64,000 nt of DNA from Camelus dromedarius (Eukaryota). Below, in pieces: positions 39,019-51,370 of the stretch. Both the position numbers and the translations under genes were made by a program. Positions within the stretch are counted from its first letter, which is position 1, and the number at the start of each line of letters is the position of its first letter. Where the stretch lies: assembly GCF_036321535.1 (NCBI RefSeq), contig NC_087437.1, positions 108,316,001-108,380,000 on the forward strand, written 5' to 3'. A model generated the notes under the pieces. It worked only from the letters and a program-made list of their open reading frames with translations, ran no database searches and was not told the origin of the DNA.

Positions 39019-41313
39019 AAAACAACAACAACAACAGCAAACTTCACATTTACTAGAAAATGGGAAAAGCAAGCAAATCAGCAGCCCAGTTTGCCTCTCT
39101 CATGAGTTTTCTAGTCTCATGTGTGTAACTATTTTCTCAGCATGTTCATTTCTACTAATCTCAAGTCCAGTGCTTTCAATACTTGAAACAGTACCTCACC
39201 TCACAATGGAAAGTCCCAACTTGAAGTTTATTCTCTGAGTATTTCCCATTAAGGCAAGGGTTTTCTCCCCTGATAGGCTGCAAGCTTCATGAATGTTGGG
39301 CTCATTCCCCTCCAGCACTCAATAAGAATTAATCCACATATGCATAAACATTTGACTCATTGTCTAACTAAATGACTGTATAAATAGTAAACACCAGAAG
39401 TGGAAACACATCTTGGGGGCAATTGATAGAGAACCAAAACCAAATGTCTGCTCTGTTTAGAAGGCTTCTTCTTGGTCTTTGTCAAGATCCTTCTCCAGTG
39501 TCAAATTCCTCCATTAATCTCCCCCTCAGATTCCACTTAGCAGGTGGTAGTAGATGGAGACCTATTATTATAGCTGTTTTGGATGGGTTTTTGCCGATTT
39601 TATTCTCCTTCAACAGTAGACTAGCTGAAGTCACAGGCATATCTTCCCATTGTTTTTAGAAGACCACCTTGTCTAGGGTAGGCATTTATGGCTCTTTGGT
39701 TGAATTGAGGCACCAAGAGCTGGGGCCCACAGACTCCATCACAGATGTTAGGCATTTAAGAGAAGTGGTTGGATACACAGAGAGCTATGTAGCAATATAA
39801 AAGCCCCCTAAACTGACAGTTTGCCAAACAAGATCTTATTCTTTGCAGAAAAAAGAGATGGCTTCTGGGATGTTCAAAGGGTCCATTTTTCTCTGCAGTA
39901 GACCTGCTCCATCGCCCATTCAGAAAAAGGGAAGAACCAGATGAAAAACTGGCTTCTGCCAAGAAACCTCAAATCCTGTTACATGACTAAACTGTTGAGC
40001 AGATATCCAAATTCAAAAGCCCAGGGTCACATGCCCTAGGGTTTCCTATGAGAACATGTCTGCTTAATAACAATGTAACAGATGATAAGAGTGTCAATCA
40101 CAGAGAGAGCTGGTTCAGCCCATGTTAAAGGTTGATGATAATTACCAGACTAAACAAATCATTAGAAATATGTTCCCATCTCCAATCTGGATTTTAAAAT
40201 ACTTAAGAGTAACTTGGAAACTGAGCTTCATTTTAATAAGCACCAGGATAACTAGCACCAAATGATTTAACTACAATTGTCCTTTGAAGAGCTTGTTGAA
40301 TTTTTTTATTGCTCATCAGAGCACATAAAATTTGAGAAAAATGCAGATTTGACTCTTCCTGAAATGTCCCTTAATTATTTGGAGGAGATAAATTGTATGA
40401 AGCCTATGTGTCAATAAATATTAGATACTTAGTCAGCAAATACATAGACACAATTCAATCATCATAGGTGAAAAATGATTGTACATATTTTAAAGTATTT
40501 TTTCATTTAAGAACCAAAGAAAAACATATTTACTGGGGAAAAAATTGACCTATTCTTCTTTTTATTTCTCAATATCTAAAAATGCACTCATAAAATATGA
40601 AGCAAATGTCCTAAATCTGGGTAGCAGTAATTTGTAGTTAGGTCACTCCATCAAGGAATTATGTACTCCCAACTCACTTTAAAAATGGTGGGGATGAAAA
40701 TTAAGTATAAAATATAAAAGGTTTCTAAAACTGGGTGGTGTTTTTAATCACCAAAGAAACATAAAAAAACTATTTTTTTCATGAAGAATATTTCACTTTG
40801 AGACTTCAATTTTTGCCCTTTCCATAACCTGTACAATGTGTTTTTCCTAATGTCATTTTTCCTGGCTGAGAAACACATTGACAAGAATAGAGTTTTTTAA
40901 AAAAAAAAAAAAAAGTAGAGGTGCGGAGAGCATGAGTGTTATGTCACCAGTGACTTCAAATGGAAGAAAAATACCAATTCCACATTTTATCCCAAAGGGA
41001 GAATGGAAATTAAAAAATCATGTTCACTAACTCTCCCTTTGTGCCCACAATCAACCAAGGATTTCTGTATTTGATTAACCTAGCATTTATCCAACTAAGG
41101 AATTGTTCCTTCATAGAAAATAATGACAATTCCAATACAAAATGAAGCAGTGTGAATTCTTTATCTTTTGTTATGCTGGATCTCATGAAAACTTGCCATG
41201 TTGAAGAATTGTACTGCTGATTCTTTTCCATAAGGACTATTTGGGGTATTTGAATAAAGTAACCCTCCTTTATGCTGACTAATATGAATAGATTTTTCCA
41301 ATTTTCCAGTATT

Positions 41314-43070
41314 TTTATTTATGTATATTCTAGATTTATTGAGATCTGATTGACAAAGAAAATTGTATTTATTTATGGTGTATGATGTGATGTTTTGATA
41401 TGTGTATACATTATAGAATAATTACCAAAACCAAGCTAATTAATGTATCTATCACCTCACATAGTGATCATTTTTTGTGTGTGGTGAAAACACTCTTAGC
41501 AAATTTCAAGTATACAATATATTGCATGGTATTGGTACCAAAACAAACATATAGACCAATGGAACAGAATAGAGAGCCCAGAAATGAACCCACAAGCTTT
41601 TGGTCAACTAATCTTCGACAAAGGAGGCAAGAATATACAATGGAATAAAGACAGTCTCTTCAGCAAATGGTGTTGGGAAAACTGGACAGCAGCATGTAAA
41701 ACAATGAAGCTAGAACACTCCCTTACACCATATACAAAAATCAACTCAAAATGGATCAAAGACTTAAACATAAGACAAGATACAATAAACCTCCTAGAGG
41801 AAAACATAGGCAAAACATTATCTGGCATAAATTTCAAAAATTTTCTCCTAGTAGAAATAAAATCAAGAATAAACAAATGGGACCTAATGAAACTTACAAG
41901 CTTCTGCACAGCAAAGGAAACCAGAAGTAAAACAAGAAGACAACCTACGGAATGGGAGAAAATTTTTGCAAATGAAACCAACAAAGGCTTGATCTCCAGA
42001 ATATATAAGCAGCTCATATGACTCAATAAGAAAAAAATAAACAACCCAATCCAAAAATGGGCAGAAGACCTAAACAAGCAATTCTCCAAGGAAGACATAC
42101 AAATGATCAAAAAGCACATGAAAAAATGGTCAATATCACTAATTATCAGAGAAATGCAAATCAAAACTACAATGAGGTATCACCTCACACCAATCAGAAT
42201 GGCCGTCATTCAAAAATCCATAAATGACAAATGCTGGAGAGGCTGTGGAGAAAGGGGAACCCTCCTATACTGCTGGTGGAAATGCAGTTTGGTGCAGCCA
42301 CTATGGAAAACAGTGTGGAGATTCCTCAAAAGACTAGGAATAGACTTACCGTATGACCCAGGAATCCCACTCCTGGGCTTGTATCCAGAAGGAACGCTAC
42401 TTCAGGATGACACCTGCACCCCAATGTTCATAGCAGCACTATTTACAATAGCCAAAACATGGAAACAGCTTAAATGTCCATCAACAGGTGACTGGATAAA
42501 GAAGAAGTGGTATATTTATACAATGGAATACTACTCAGCCATAAAAATTGACAACATAATGCCATTTGCAGCAACATGGATGCTCCTGGAGAATGTCATT
42601 CTAAGTGAAGTAAGCCAGAAAGAGGAAGAAAAATACAATATGAGATCGCTCTTATGTGGAATCTAAAAAACAAAAACAAAAACAAAAACAAACAAACAAA
42701 CAAAAACAAAGCGTAAATACAGGACAGAAATAGACTCATAGACAGAGAATACAGACTTGTGGTTGCCAGGGGGGTGGAGAGTGGGAAGGGATAGACTGGG
42801 ATTTCAAAACTGTAGAATAGATAAACAAGATTACACTGTATAGCACAGGGAAATATACACAAAATGTTATGATAGCTCATAGAGAAAAAATGTGACAATG
42901 AGTGTGTATATGTCCATGAATGACTGAAAAATTGTGCTGAACACTGGAATTTGACACAACATTGTTAAATGATTATAAATCAATAAAAAATGTTTAAAAA
43001 AGTATACAATATATTATTATTAATTATAGTCACTAGTCTGTATATTAGATCTCTAGAACTCATTCCTTTA
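41314..43070 (-). mobile_element. Old L1 3' end (L1MA9-like) split by a younger L1 (pieces 41314-41523 and 43016-43070)
   Basis: aattgtatttatttatggtgtatgatgtgatgttttgatatgtgtatacatt...ccaagctaattaatgtatctatcacctcacatagt; resumes ttaattatagtcactagtctgtatattagatctctagaact. Confidence 0.85.
41524..42999 (+). mobile_element. Young 5'-truncated LINE-1 (ORF2 C-terminal ~380 codons + 3'UTR)
   Basis: Frame 41524-42666 reads L1 ORF2 ([17 protein letters not shown]...[10 protein letters not shown]...[18 protein letters not shown]...SLLCGI*) with one internal stop at 42019-42021. Perfect 16-bp TSD AAGTATACAATATATT at 41508-41523 and 43000-43015. Confidence 0.97.
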
Positions 43071-44094
43071 TATTTCCAATGCCAGTCTAATGGAGCCAGC
43101 ATTTCTAAACTCCTTTAATATATTTCAAGGAGGTATTATGCCTGTTTTGTATACTTTAATTTTCACTTTAATTGTTTTCTGCTAAAATATTTCTATTTTA
43201 CACTCAAAGTTAATTTTGAGTGATATTGGTTGTAAAAATCCATGTGTGAATGTCCCACTTTGTGCCTTTTGCAGTCATCAAATATTCACTGAAATACGCA
43301 GGGATAGCATTTGTGCAATTTCTTAGATATACCATCATAAGCGAAGATAACCGCACAAGAAATGAAAATGAAGCATGAATTGATATGTAAAGAAATTGTC
43401 AAACTACTTGACACAAACAACTACTCAATAAATCTCAGATGTTGTTATAATTTCTCAATGTATCCACTTTAAACATCTCTGATCTCCAGGTTGTCATAAT
43501 CTGGTTTATCTACATATTTATTTCTAGTTGCCAAATAAAATTCCAAAACTCAGCATGTCAGTCCCACAATGCTTATCATCTGCTTGTGTTTTTCTTCTTA
43601 AGTGTGTATTGACAATCAATATCAATCTATTATCATTGTTAGAATGAATAACATTATATGAAACACTTTTGTCAGCTACAAGAAGAAAGTTACACAAGAT
43701 TTTACCAGTTTCTGGTGGCATCATTGCTTTTCACAGAAGATACAGGCCTTGATTTAAATAAATCTCTCTTAATTGGCTTCAATGACTTTTTGTTTGATGA
43801 TATTTATTTACAAGAATAGTGTTAAAGCAGCACCCACTGTAAATGGTATACAATACACAATAAATGATCCAGAAAATATTTTCTCTCCTTAATAATCACT
43901 TGTTACTCCCACCAACATTGACCATAAAATAAATTCCCTCATATGCTCAGGGGCTGAAAGAATTCAGGATAAGCATGATGGAAATTTCATCCCAAACCTA
44001 CAGAAACTGTGAATTCAGCCTCTTCAGTTTCCTTTTGCTTTAGCTCACATGGGAACCTGTGTTTGTAATGGAGTTTTCTGTTAACCAGCAGCAG

Positions 44095-44365
44095 ATAGAG
44101 CCCTCCTTGCCTGTGCTTTCCCAAAGCCACATAACTCTTTTTCCTAATATTTATCCAAGTGAAGTTTTGTGATTTGATGTGATTTTTAATTGATTTCAGT
44201 CTTCCCCAACTAGATTTCAAGTACCATGAAGGTAGAGGCAATGTTTTCTTGTCGTTGTTGTTCTTGTTGGTTGGTTTTGCTTTTGATGTGCTTGCTAGTT
44301 TTGCTCACATTATACTTCCATTATATCTAACAATGCCCTAGGACATGACAGGTGAATGAATAAGT
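44095..44365 (+). mobile_element. L2 3' end
   Basis: tcttccccaactagatttcaagtaccatgaaggtagagg...ttttgctcacattatacttcca...gaatgaataa. Confidence 0.7.
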
Positions 44366-44849
44366 TTTCATGTTCTTTTAGAGTTCCTGAGTTGACACTC
44401 TAGCATAATATTTATTTGACCTGCTTCTTTCCTTTCCCTGATCCTATTCCTTATAGCAGAAATGGTTTTGTTGGGGTTAGTGTATTTCTACAAACCAGAT
44501 TCATCAGCACACAAACTCCACAACAGCAACCACCTCTAGAACTATGACCATCACAGTCCTTGTTATTTTGATAAAGAAATTTTGTACCTTCTAATTTTTC
44601 CCCTGCAACACGGTTTGAGTTCCTCCTATGTGTTAGACTTTCCTCCCTGCACCAACCTTGCCCTGTGGAAGAAATGATGTGGGAGAAATCACTCTTTGAC
44701 CTTCCACACAACAAAATTTTCTGGATTGTTTTCTCTTTCCCCTTCCCAGCAAGCAAGTTTCTACCATCTCTAAAATTTTGTGAATGACTGCCAATTTTCC
44801 CTTTTACCTGACTGTGTTTCTGGCTAAAGCTGAGGAAACAAAGATGATG

Positions 44850-46430
44850 GCTTATGGACCTTCAGGCAGCTTAAAGTAGAATAGAGAGCACATGTGTGAA
44901 CAAAAATTACAATGTGATGAGATCATTGCTATTATGGAGTATTGTGAGACCCTAGGAGGAGATCTGCCCAAGATCTTCCACAAAAATTCAGGGGGAAATG
45001 CACCAAAAAAACAAAAATTCTTTTAAAAATGGTGACTTGAGTGATGTGCGTGTTTGCTGGGCAGAGGGCAAGGGACATTCTGGACAGAGAAAGCTGCATA
45101 CAAACAGTAGAGAGGAAAGAGTATCTACACAGCCAACATGAGTAATTCAGTCACGTGTATGTGTGTGCTCACATGTGTGAAGGAGTTTTAGTGGAAGTGT
45201 TAGGGGAATAAATATTGAAAGATTAGCAGAGTTCAGCTGAATAAGTTTTACTCTACCCCATTAGTAATCAAAGGCTATTTTATATCTAGTGATCAGAAAG
45301 ATTTCTGACATAAAGTGGAGAACTGATCAGTGAAGAATGAAACTAAAAGTAGAGAGAACAATAGTTGAGGCAAGAGATGATGCAAGTTGAAGAGTTGATG
45401 CTACAACAGAGTCAGTGGGGAAGAAAGTATTTAGGAGGCACATTTACAGGATGTGATGATGAGTTGAATGGATGCTGGGTATAAGGCAGAGGGGGTGAGT
45501 TGGGTCACAGGGAAGATGGTAGAAGAGCAAGTTTGAGGTGAGAAAATGAGTTTAGTAATGGGACAACAGGTGGAGATATCCAAGTAGAAACAAAATATTT
45601 TTCTTTGGAACTCAACTGGATGATCTGGCTGGAGAATGGAATTTGAGAGTCATCAGCAACTGAATGCCGACAGAGGTATAAAAGGAGATAATATTACTCT
45701 TGTGGAATAACGTGAAAAGGTGACTAAGAACAAAGTTCTGGTGAGTCCCAACGTGTAAGGTATGGGCAAAGGAAGAGGAGCTATAAAGAACACCAAGAAG
45801 TGGACAGAGAAATAGGAAAGAATCCATGTAAAAATAAAAGTTGGAGGAGGAAGTGGTAAACAAGACTAATGTCATAAAGAGGGCCAGGTAAGAAGAGAAA
45901 CAAAAATTTCCCATTGACTATAACACCTAGGAGGACACTGATGAGAGTTGCCAGAAAAATGTCAACAGAGTGGTGGGTGTGAGGCTAAAGTACAATGGTG
46001 AGTAATGTTAATAGAAGAGAAGGAATAGAGACATCTGGATAGTAGCTAGATGGGGAAATTGAGTCTAGGAATAGTTTCATCTAGGAGGTGGAAAAAAGAA
46101 AACTTTATCAAAACTGAAGATAACATCAATGGAGAATAAGAAGCAGGTGATACAGAAAAGAAAGGATGCTTTTGGGCCAAATTCTCCAAGACAGTGCAGA
46201 GAAATATGAGGTAGAACACAAAAGGGTGGTATTAACCAGAATAGTGATGCTACATCTTTGCTAAGATAGTGTTCACAAAGCGGCCAGTGCGGATGAATGT
46301 GAAAAAGAGGAGCCAGAAAGCTAAAAACAATCAAGCCTTTACTTTCTGGTGAAAGCAGAAAAAGGGATAGCAGGGAACTGGATTGGTGATGGCTTGGAAT
46401 AACTCTTTGGGAAGTCGGGGAGGAAAACAA
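44850..46430 (-). mobile_element. L2 LINE (degraded)
   Basis: Long purine-rich L2-like tract (gaggcaagagatgatg, caggtggagatatccaagtag, aatttgagagtcatcagc, ggatagtagctagatgggga). Confidence 0.65.
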
Positions 46431-46949
46431 CGAGGGCTGGGGAGAAGGGTTGTTTTGAGTTCACATCTCCTGACACCGGGTGACCCTGAAGCAGTGGGAT
46501 GAGGCTGGCCTCAAGAGGTATGAATGGCAGGCTTCGGGGGCCAGAGGCTGGGAGGGACTGGCTCCTTCTATGAGGGAGGAGTGAGCAGGAAGTTTCTCAC
46601 AGAGGATGCACCTGAGCAGGTAAGGCGTGAGCAGCATTATGGCAGAAGGAACAGCACTGAAATAGGAGGTTTGAAGGCATGTTTGAAAATGCCTTATTTC
46701 TTCCATCTTTACTTTTGCCACAGCTTTGGGATGTTCCTTATCCAGGCTCAGATTTTTATTGATGTCACGCTAGAGAGCAAACCATGTAATTCTTGTTTCC
46801 AGGAAATATTTCTTCTGGGAAACTATGAAAGGCATCTGTGTGCTCTCTGAGCTGCCCTGGCCTGACCACAGGCTGGCTCTGTCCAAAAGCAAGAGGATTT
46901 TCAGATGTTTCTCTGAGGCAGGGAGATACATACTATGAATCTCCAATCG

Positions 46950-47180
46950 TTTATTTATCTAATAAAGTACTCACACATACTGTCCTTATTATGGCCCTGA
47001 CCCTTCTGAGTCTTTGTAAGTATTAATCAAATCCTCAGAAAACCTTCATTATCCTCATTTTAAAGATGGGGGCACTGAAGCCTTGAAAAGTGAGGTTTGA
47101 TTATAGTTTTAAAGCTGGAGAAAAGACTTGAACCTGAGCACTCCAGCTCCAAAGTCGGGGTTCTTCCCCACTATGCCAAG
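46950..47180 (-). mobile_element. MIR SINE
   Basis: attatcctcattttaaagatgggggcactgaagc...gacttgaacctgag...ctccaaagtc. Confidence 0.7.
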
Positions 47181-47785
47181 CTATCTTATAATGAGAAAAA
47201 TACTTAAGAAATTATAGAATTGTGGGGGGGGGGATTTTCTAGATAATCCAATTCCTTCTTGTCATATTAGAAATAGGTAGAGTTGCAACTAACAATTTCA
47301 ATTTTATTGTCTTCCTTGCAGACTATATATTGGGGTTATTTTTCTATGCTGTAGTTCTCAAATAAACGTTTTTCAAGAATTATTTTAAAAAGACTATATA
47401 CTAGGGGGAAGGGCATCATGAAAGTGGCTGTTTCTTATGTTAGAGAATGTTTTCTCCTTTCCCTTGAATTATCATCTTCATCTTTGATTTCACAGTGAGT
47501 CGTAGGAGACTTGTGGGCTCCCTGGATGTCAGCCCTATTTCACTCCCTCTGTTTCCAGAGCAGGTGTCTATACAGTTGGTTAGAGTGACCTCTGTTTTGG
47601 GAGACTTTTTGAATTAATGGAAGATGGTCTGTTATTAACCAGTATTCCACTTGGCAAAGCTATGCACATATCAAGGCTGCTTGTATATACATGTCTCTAA
47701 TAAATTTGATTTTCCTTACTTTTAGCCAGTTACACATCTGTGTATGTATTATTAACTGTTATGGATCTTATTTTTCCATTGTCAT

Positions 47786-47787
<2 letters not shown>

Positions 47788-47817
<30 letters not shown>
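47788..47817. repeat. (GT)15 microsatellite
   Basis: Direct reading. Confidence 0.97.
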
Positions 47818-47819
<2 letters not shown>

Positions 47820-48624
47820 TTGTGCCTGGAAATGATTATCCTCTGTTTAAAATTCAAACATATTGTTTCTTTAGCTAATAGCCTACTCTGTCTGCAACAG
47901 AGATGTTTATTTGGTTTCTTCAAAAAAACGTTGTGGGATTGGGGGATTTTGACATTTTGACCATTGAGCCAAATTCTAATCTCACTTTTTTTTAAATTGG
48001 AAATCCCTTTGATCAAAAGATAAAGTATTCATGTTAACCTATAGCCTTTGGATCTGAGGTCTAAACAGAAGGATAATGTGTGAATTTGCTAATTATTTCC
48101 TGCTTCTGAGTTAGGTAGACTTTTCCCTTTCAGCTGTAAAGAGACACACAGCTCATGGAATGCTGTCTCCTAGTAACCAATGAATAAGAAATGAGTTTTT
48201 AACACAAATCAAATTTTAGAATAGTGCCAAGAGGAGAATGAGAAAGGCAGTTTGATAATGGAGCAATTAAAGTTTCATTAAGAAGACTTGGCATATAATT
48301 AGACAGTATTTTCTGCTATGATACTGGAAAAATAAAAAGGAAAAATTTAAAACTTTTCAGTGAAAACTGAATAGCAAAAAATAAGACCCTAGACACAAAA
48401 ACTGTCTTAGTTTCCTCTTTTTAGGAGAAAGGTCAACGTGCCTGAAAAATATTGCACAAAAGTAACTCTAAGGACAGGTTCTAAGTCCTAACTTTCATAC
48501 CATATGTTTCTTATGCTCTCGATAGCATTTTTCAAGATAGATCCATAACCTAGACTGTGGGTGAGACCCTCATTAGTAATGAGTAACAGCTTACATAAGT
48601 GCAGTAATTTACTTTAGGTGAAAA

Positions 48625-48830
48625 TCATTAGTCATTCAATTAAAAAAATAGTTATTGAGCATCTACTATGTGCCTGGCACTGTGTTAAATAATAGAGCAA
48701 CATGAATTTTACTCCCACTGAGTTTCCACACTATGAAGGAACACAGACAATGACTTGTAATGTCAAATGTGATTGTGTGTGTGATGAAAGGATACAAGCA
48801 AATTACCATGAGGACCAATTCTAAAGGAGA
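48625..48830 (-). mobile_element. L2 3' end
   Basis: tcattcaat...ttattgagcatctactatgtgcctggcactgtgtta. Confidence 0.8.
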
Positions 48831-48964
48831 CATAGTGCGAAGGCTCATAGATGCTGTGTGTTTGTAAAAGGTGCTCTCAAAAAAAAAGTTTATGTGCTAA
48901 AAAGCTCTATGCAATCTAATTTTAGCGACAGATTTCAGTATTCATTACATTCTGTATGTACTTC

Positions 48965-49133
48965 TATTCCACCAAACGTATTACATATTAGAAACACTTG
49001 GAGAACTTTAAAAGCACAGTCACACCTGGGGCCAATCCCACAGATATTCTGATTTAAGTGGAGTCCAGGCAGGAATATTTTTAAAAAGCTTCCCAAGTGA
49101 TTCTATTCAGAGCTACAATTGGCAACCACCACT
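48965..49133. mobile_element. MER5-family hAT MITE
   Basis: attagaaacacttggagaactttaaaa...cccacagatattctgatttaa...tttttaaaaagcttcccaagtgattcta...aaccacc. Confidence 0.75.
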
Positions 49134-50401
49134 CCAGCCCTTGAGGATACAGAGACCTGTTGTGCCTGTATTAATGCCCACTGTAACTGTAAGCTGCACT
49201 GATTCACTATAGAACAATTATGTTTTGTAAATTAAAGTGAATTGACTTAAAATATCCTAGTATTGCATCCCAATCCACTTCTTCATTAAACAAAATCTTA
49301 CTGTTGTCTGCCCTTCCTTCACTTCTATGATGGCAACATAAACATGATGGAGGCACACATACCAATCTGGTGAATTGTCTGCCTGCTCTCAGTGGGGCAA
49401 GAAAGATGACAAGTTTATCATTAAATAACTCCAAGGAGTTTGGATTAAAAAACTATCAAATTCACCCATGGTCAATCTGTTTTCTCAGGTTTTTTTGCTC
49501 AAGCCATCTCTTCCCACCTACCAATACTGAACCAAATTTGCCCAACATCAGCAGAAAGTGCACTGACTCAGACTTGACAATACTTTTCACCCAGCTAATC
49601 CTATCAGCACGTCATGCCAACCATAAAGACAACACATCCAGTCAGCTGAACTCTGTGAATTGCTGAACTGACTGAACTGTCCAAATATTTTGGCCAGGAA
49701 GAAACAGGCTTCCCCATAAACACAAATTCCCATGGAAACCAAACCAGAAGACAGAGAATATTCAGTTTATATTCTTATGAGAGACCTTCCCTGAGTTAGT
49801 CTGGGTTCTTGGTGTGTAAGCCAGAGCTTTTCTTTGTGGCTGGCTATTGCTTTGAGCCATCACTTTAATGGGACTCAGACAGTGCTGGCCTTGAACAGGA
49901 TTCAAGAAGTTTTCCATGGAGAACTTGTGTCTATAGAGCTGTCTGCTCACCCAGACTTCATAAACCCTTTGTCTATCCAGACAGGAAAAACACACAACAC
50001 TGCGCTGTTATTATTATTAAAGTCGTTGAATATTATTCTAGCCCTTTTTTTTAAAGTACAGCTGCATTCTTCTTTCACCACAATATATCTGGAACTTGAA
50101 ATTTTATACCTGCTTTTTCAGACTATTTTAAAGACATCAATGACTTATATCTTAAATAGCCAAATACAAATTAACCCTTATTTTTCTTAACAGTTCAGAG
50201 TGTTATGAAAAGAATATGTTTTACTGTGAAAATTTACTCTCTAACTTACCTGATTGTAAATTGGGATTTGGGCACTCCAGGTCTTCATTATTTAATGGAG
50301 GTGGAAGTGGAGGTATAATTTCAAAATGATACTGTTGATCACAATCGAAGTGAAATAGAATTCTGTATTCTAAACATTCATATCTTCATTCGCTTACTTA
50401 A

Positions 50402-50827
50402 TGCATTAGAAGGAATTCAGTGTAGGATAGAAAAACCATTCAAGTGTTTTAAATCTGTCCCAGGGAATCTGATGCTTACAAAATTGTCAGAAAGGCCCAA
50501 GAAATGGCTTCTAGGCTTGGCCTCCTGGAATGACTTCAAGAAAAATCAAAACTAACCCACTAAAGCCGCCATTGGAGGTCTGCTGGAAGGGAGAAGCCCA
50601 AATAACAGTGTTTCAGTGGCCTCTCCACTTCCAAGAAGCTGGAGAATGGCTACTGGTAGTTGGGATTCTGAGATCGGAAGGTTTAATCAAGATGCCACCA
50701 TCCCTGCCCTTGCTTCTGGGCACACTGGAAGCTGGAGAACGGACAGTGGAAAGCTGAGATAAAAAGACTACTAGGGGGAAAGGATGGGGAGGAATAAATT
50801 GGGAGTTTGGGATTTGTAGATTCTAGC

Positions 50828-50883
<56 letters not shown>

Positions 50884-50968
50884 GATAAACAGCAAAGTCC
50901 TACTGTATAGCACAGGGAACTATATTCAATACCTTGTAATGGCCTATAATGAAAAAGAATATGAAAAG

Positions 50969-51016
<48 letters not shown>

Positions 51017-51370
51017 GTGTGCATGTGTATATATATATACACATATATATACACATATATGACACACACACATATAAATGAATCAGTATGCTGTATATCA
51101 GAAATTAATGCAACATTTTAAATCCACTATAGTTTAATTTTTTAAAAATCCTTTTTCTGTGAGTTTGCTGGCTAGCAGCAAGACCTACAGCTGCAGGAGA
51201 ATGGCTTCTCCCTGACGTCTAGCCACCTTCCAGATCTCAAGGGAGTCAAGCAGATTCGTGAATCCACATTGCTTCTAAACCCCAGATGCAAGGAGGTCTG
51301 GGAAACACAGTTAACAGCTTTCCAACCTCTTCAATGAAAGGAAGGGTAGAAGTTGCCAGTATATATAACA
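50402..51370 (-). mobile_element. LTR78-like ancient LTR, interrupted by an L1 tail
   Basis: ttcagtgtaggatagaaaaacca...cagggaatctgatgcttacaaaattgtcagaaagg...ctaggcttggcctcctggaatgact; resumes at ~51146 to cccagatgcaaggaggtctgggaaa. Confidence 0.65.
50766..51145 (+). mobile_element. LINE-1 3'UTR fragment with expanded (TA)25 (50831-50880) and (AT)20 (50971-51010)
   Basis: ataaattgggagtttgggatt...tactgtatagcacagggaactatattcaataccttgtaat...gctgtatatcagaaattaatgcaacatt. Confidence 0.9.

Noticed and set aside
39538..39553. CTCF-like motif TTAGCAGGTGGTAGTA
   Set aside because: Three mismatches at core C positions of CCASYAGRKGGCRS; too weak without data.
39893..39990. Plus-strand acceptor followed by DLLHRPFRKREEPDEKLASAKKPQILLHD*
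   Set aside because: No recognisable homology, no supporting neighbouring exons, and acceptor-like motifs are frequent by chance.
41604..42164. 186-aa minus-strand ORF
   Set aside because: Antisense of L1 ORF2; long antisense frames are a known by-product of L1 composition.
49834..50190. 118-aa plus-strand ORF
   Set aside because: Non-ATG start, no homology recognised, length within chance expectation.
50823..51121. YIYIYI ORFs on both strands
   Set aside because: Translations of (TA)n.
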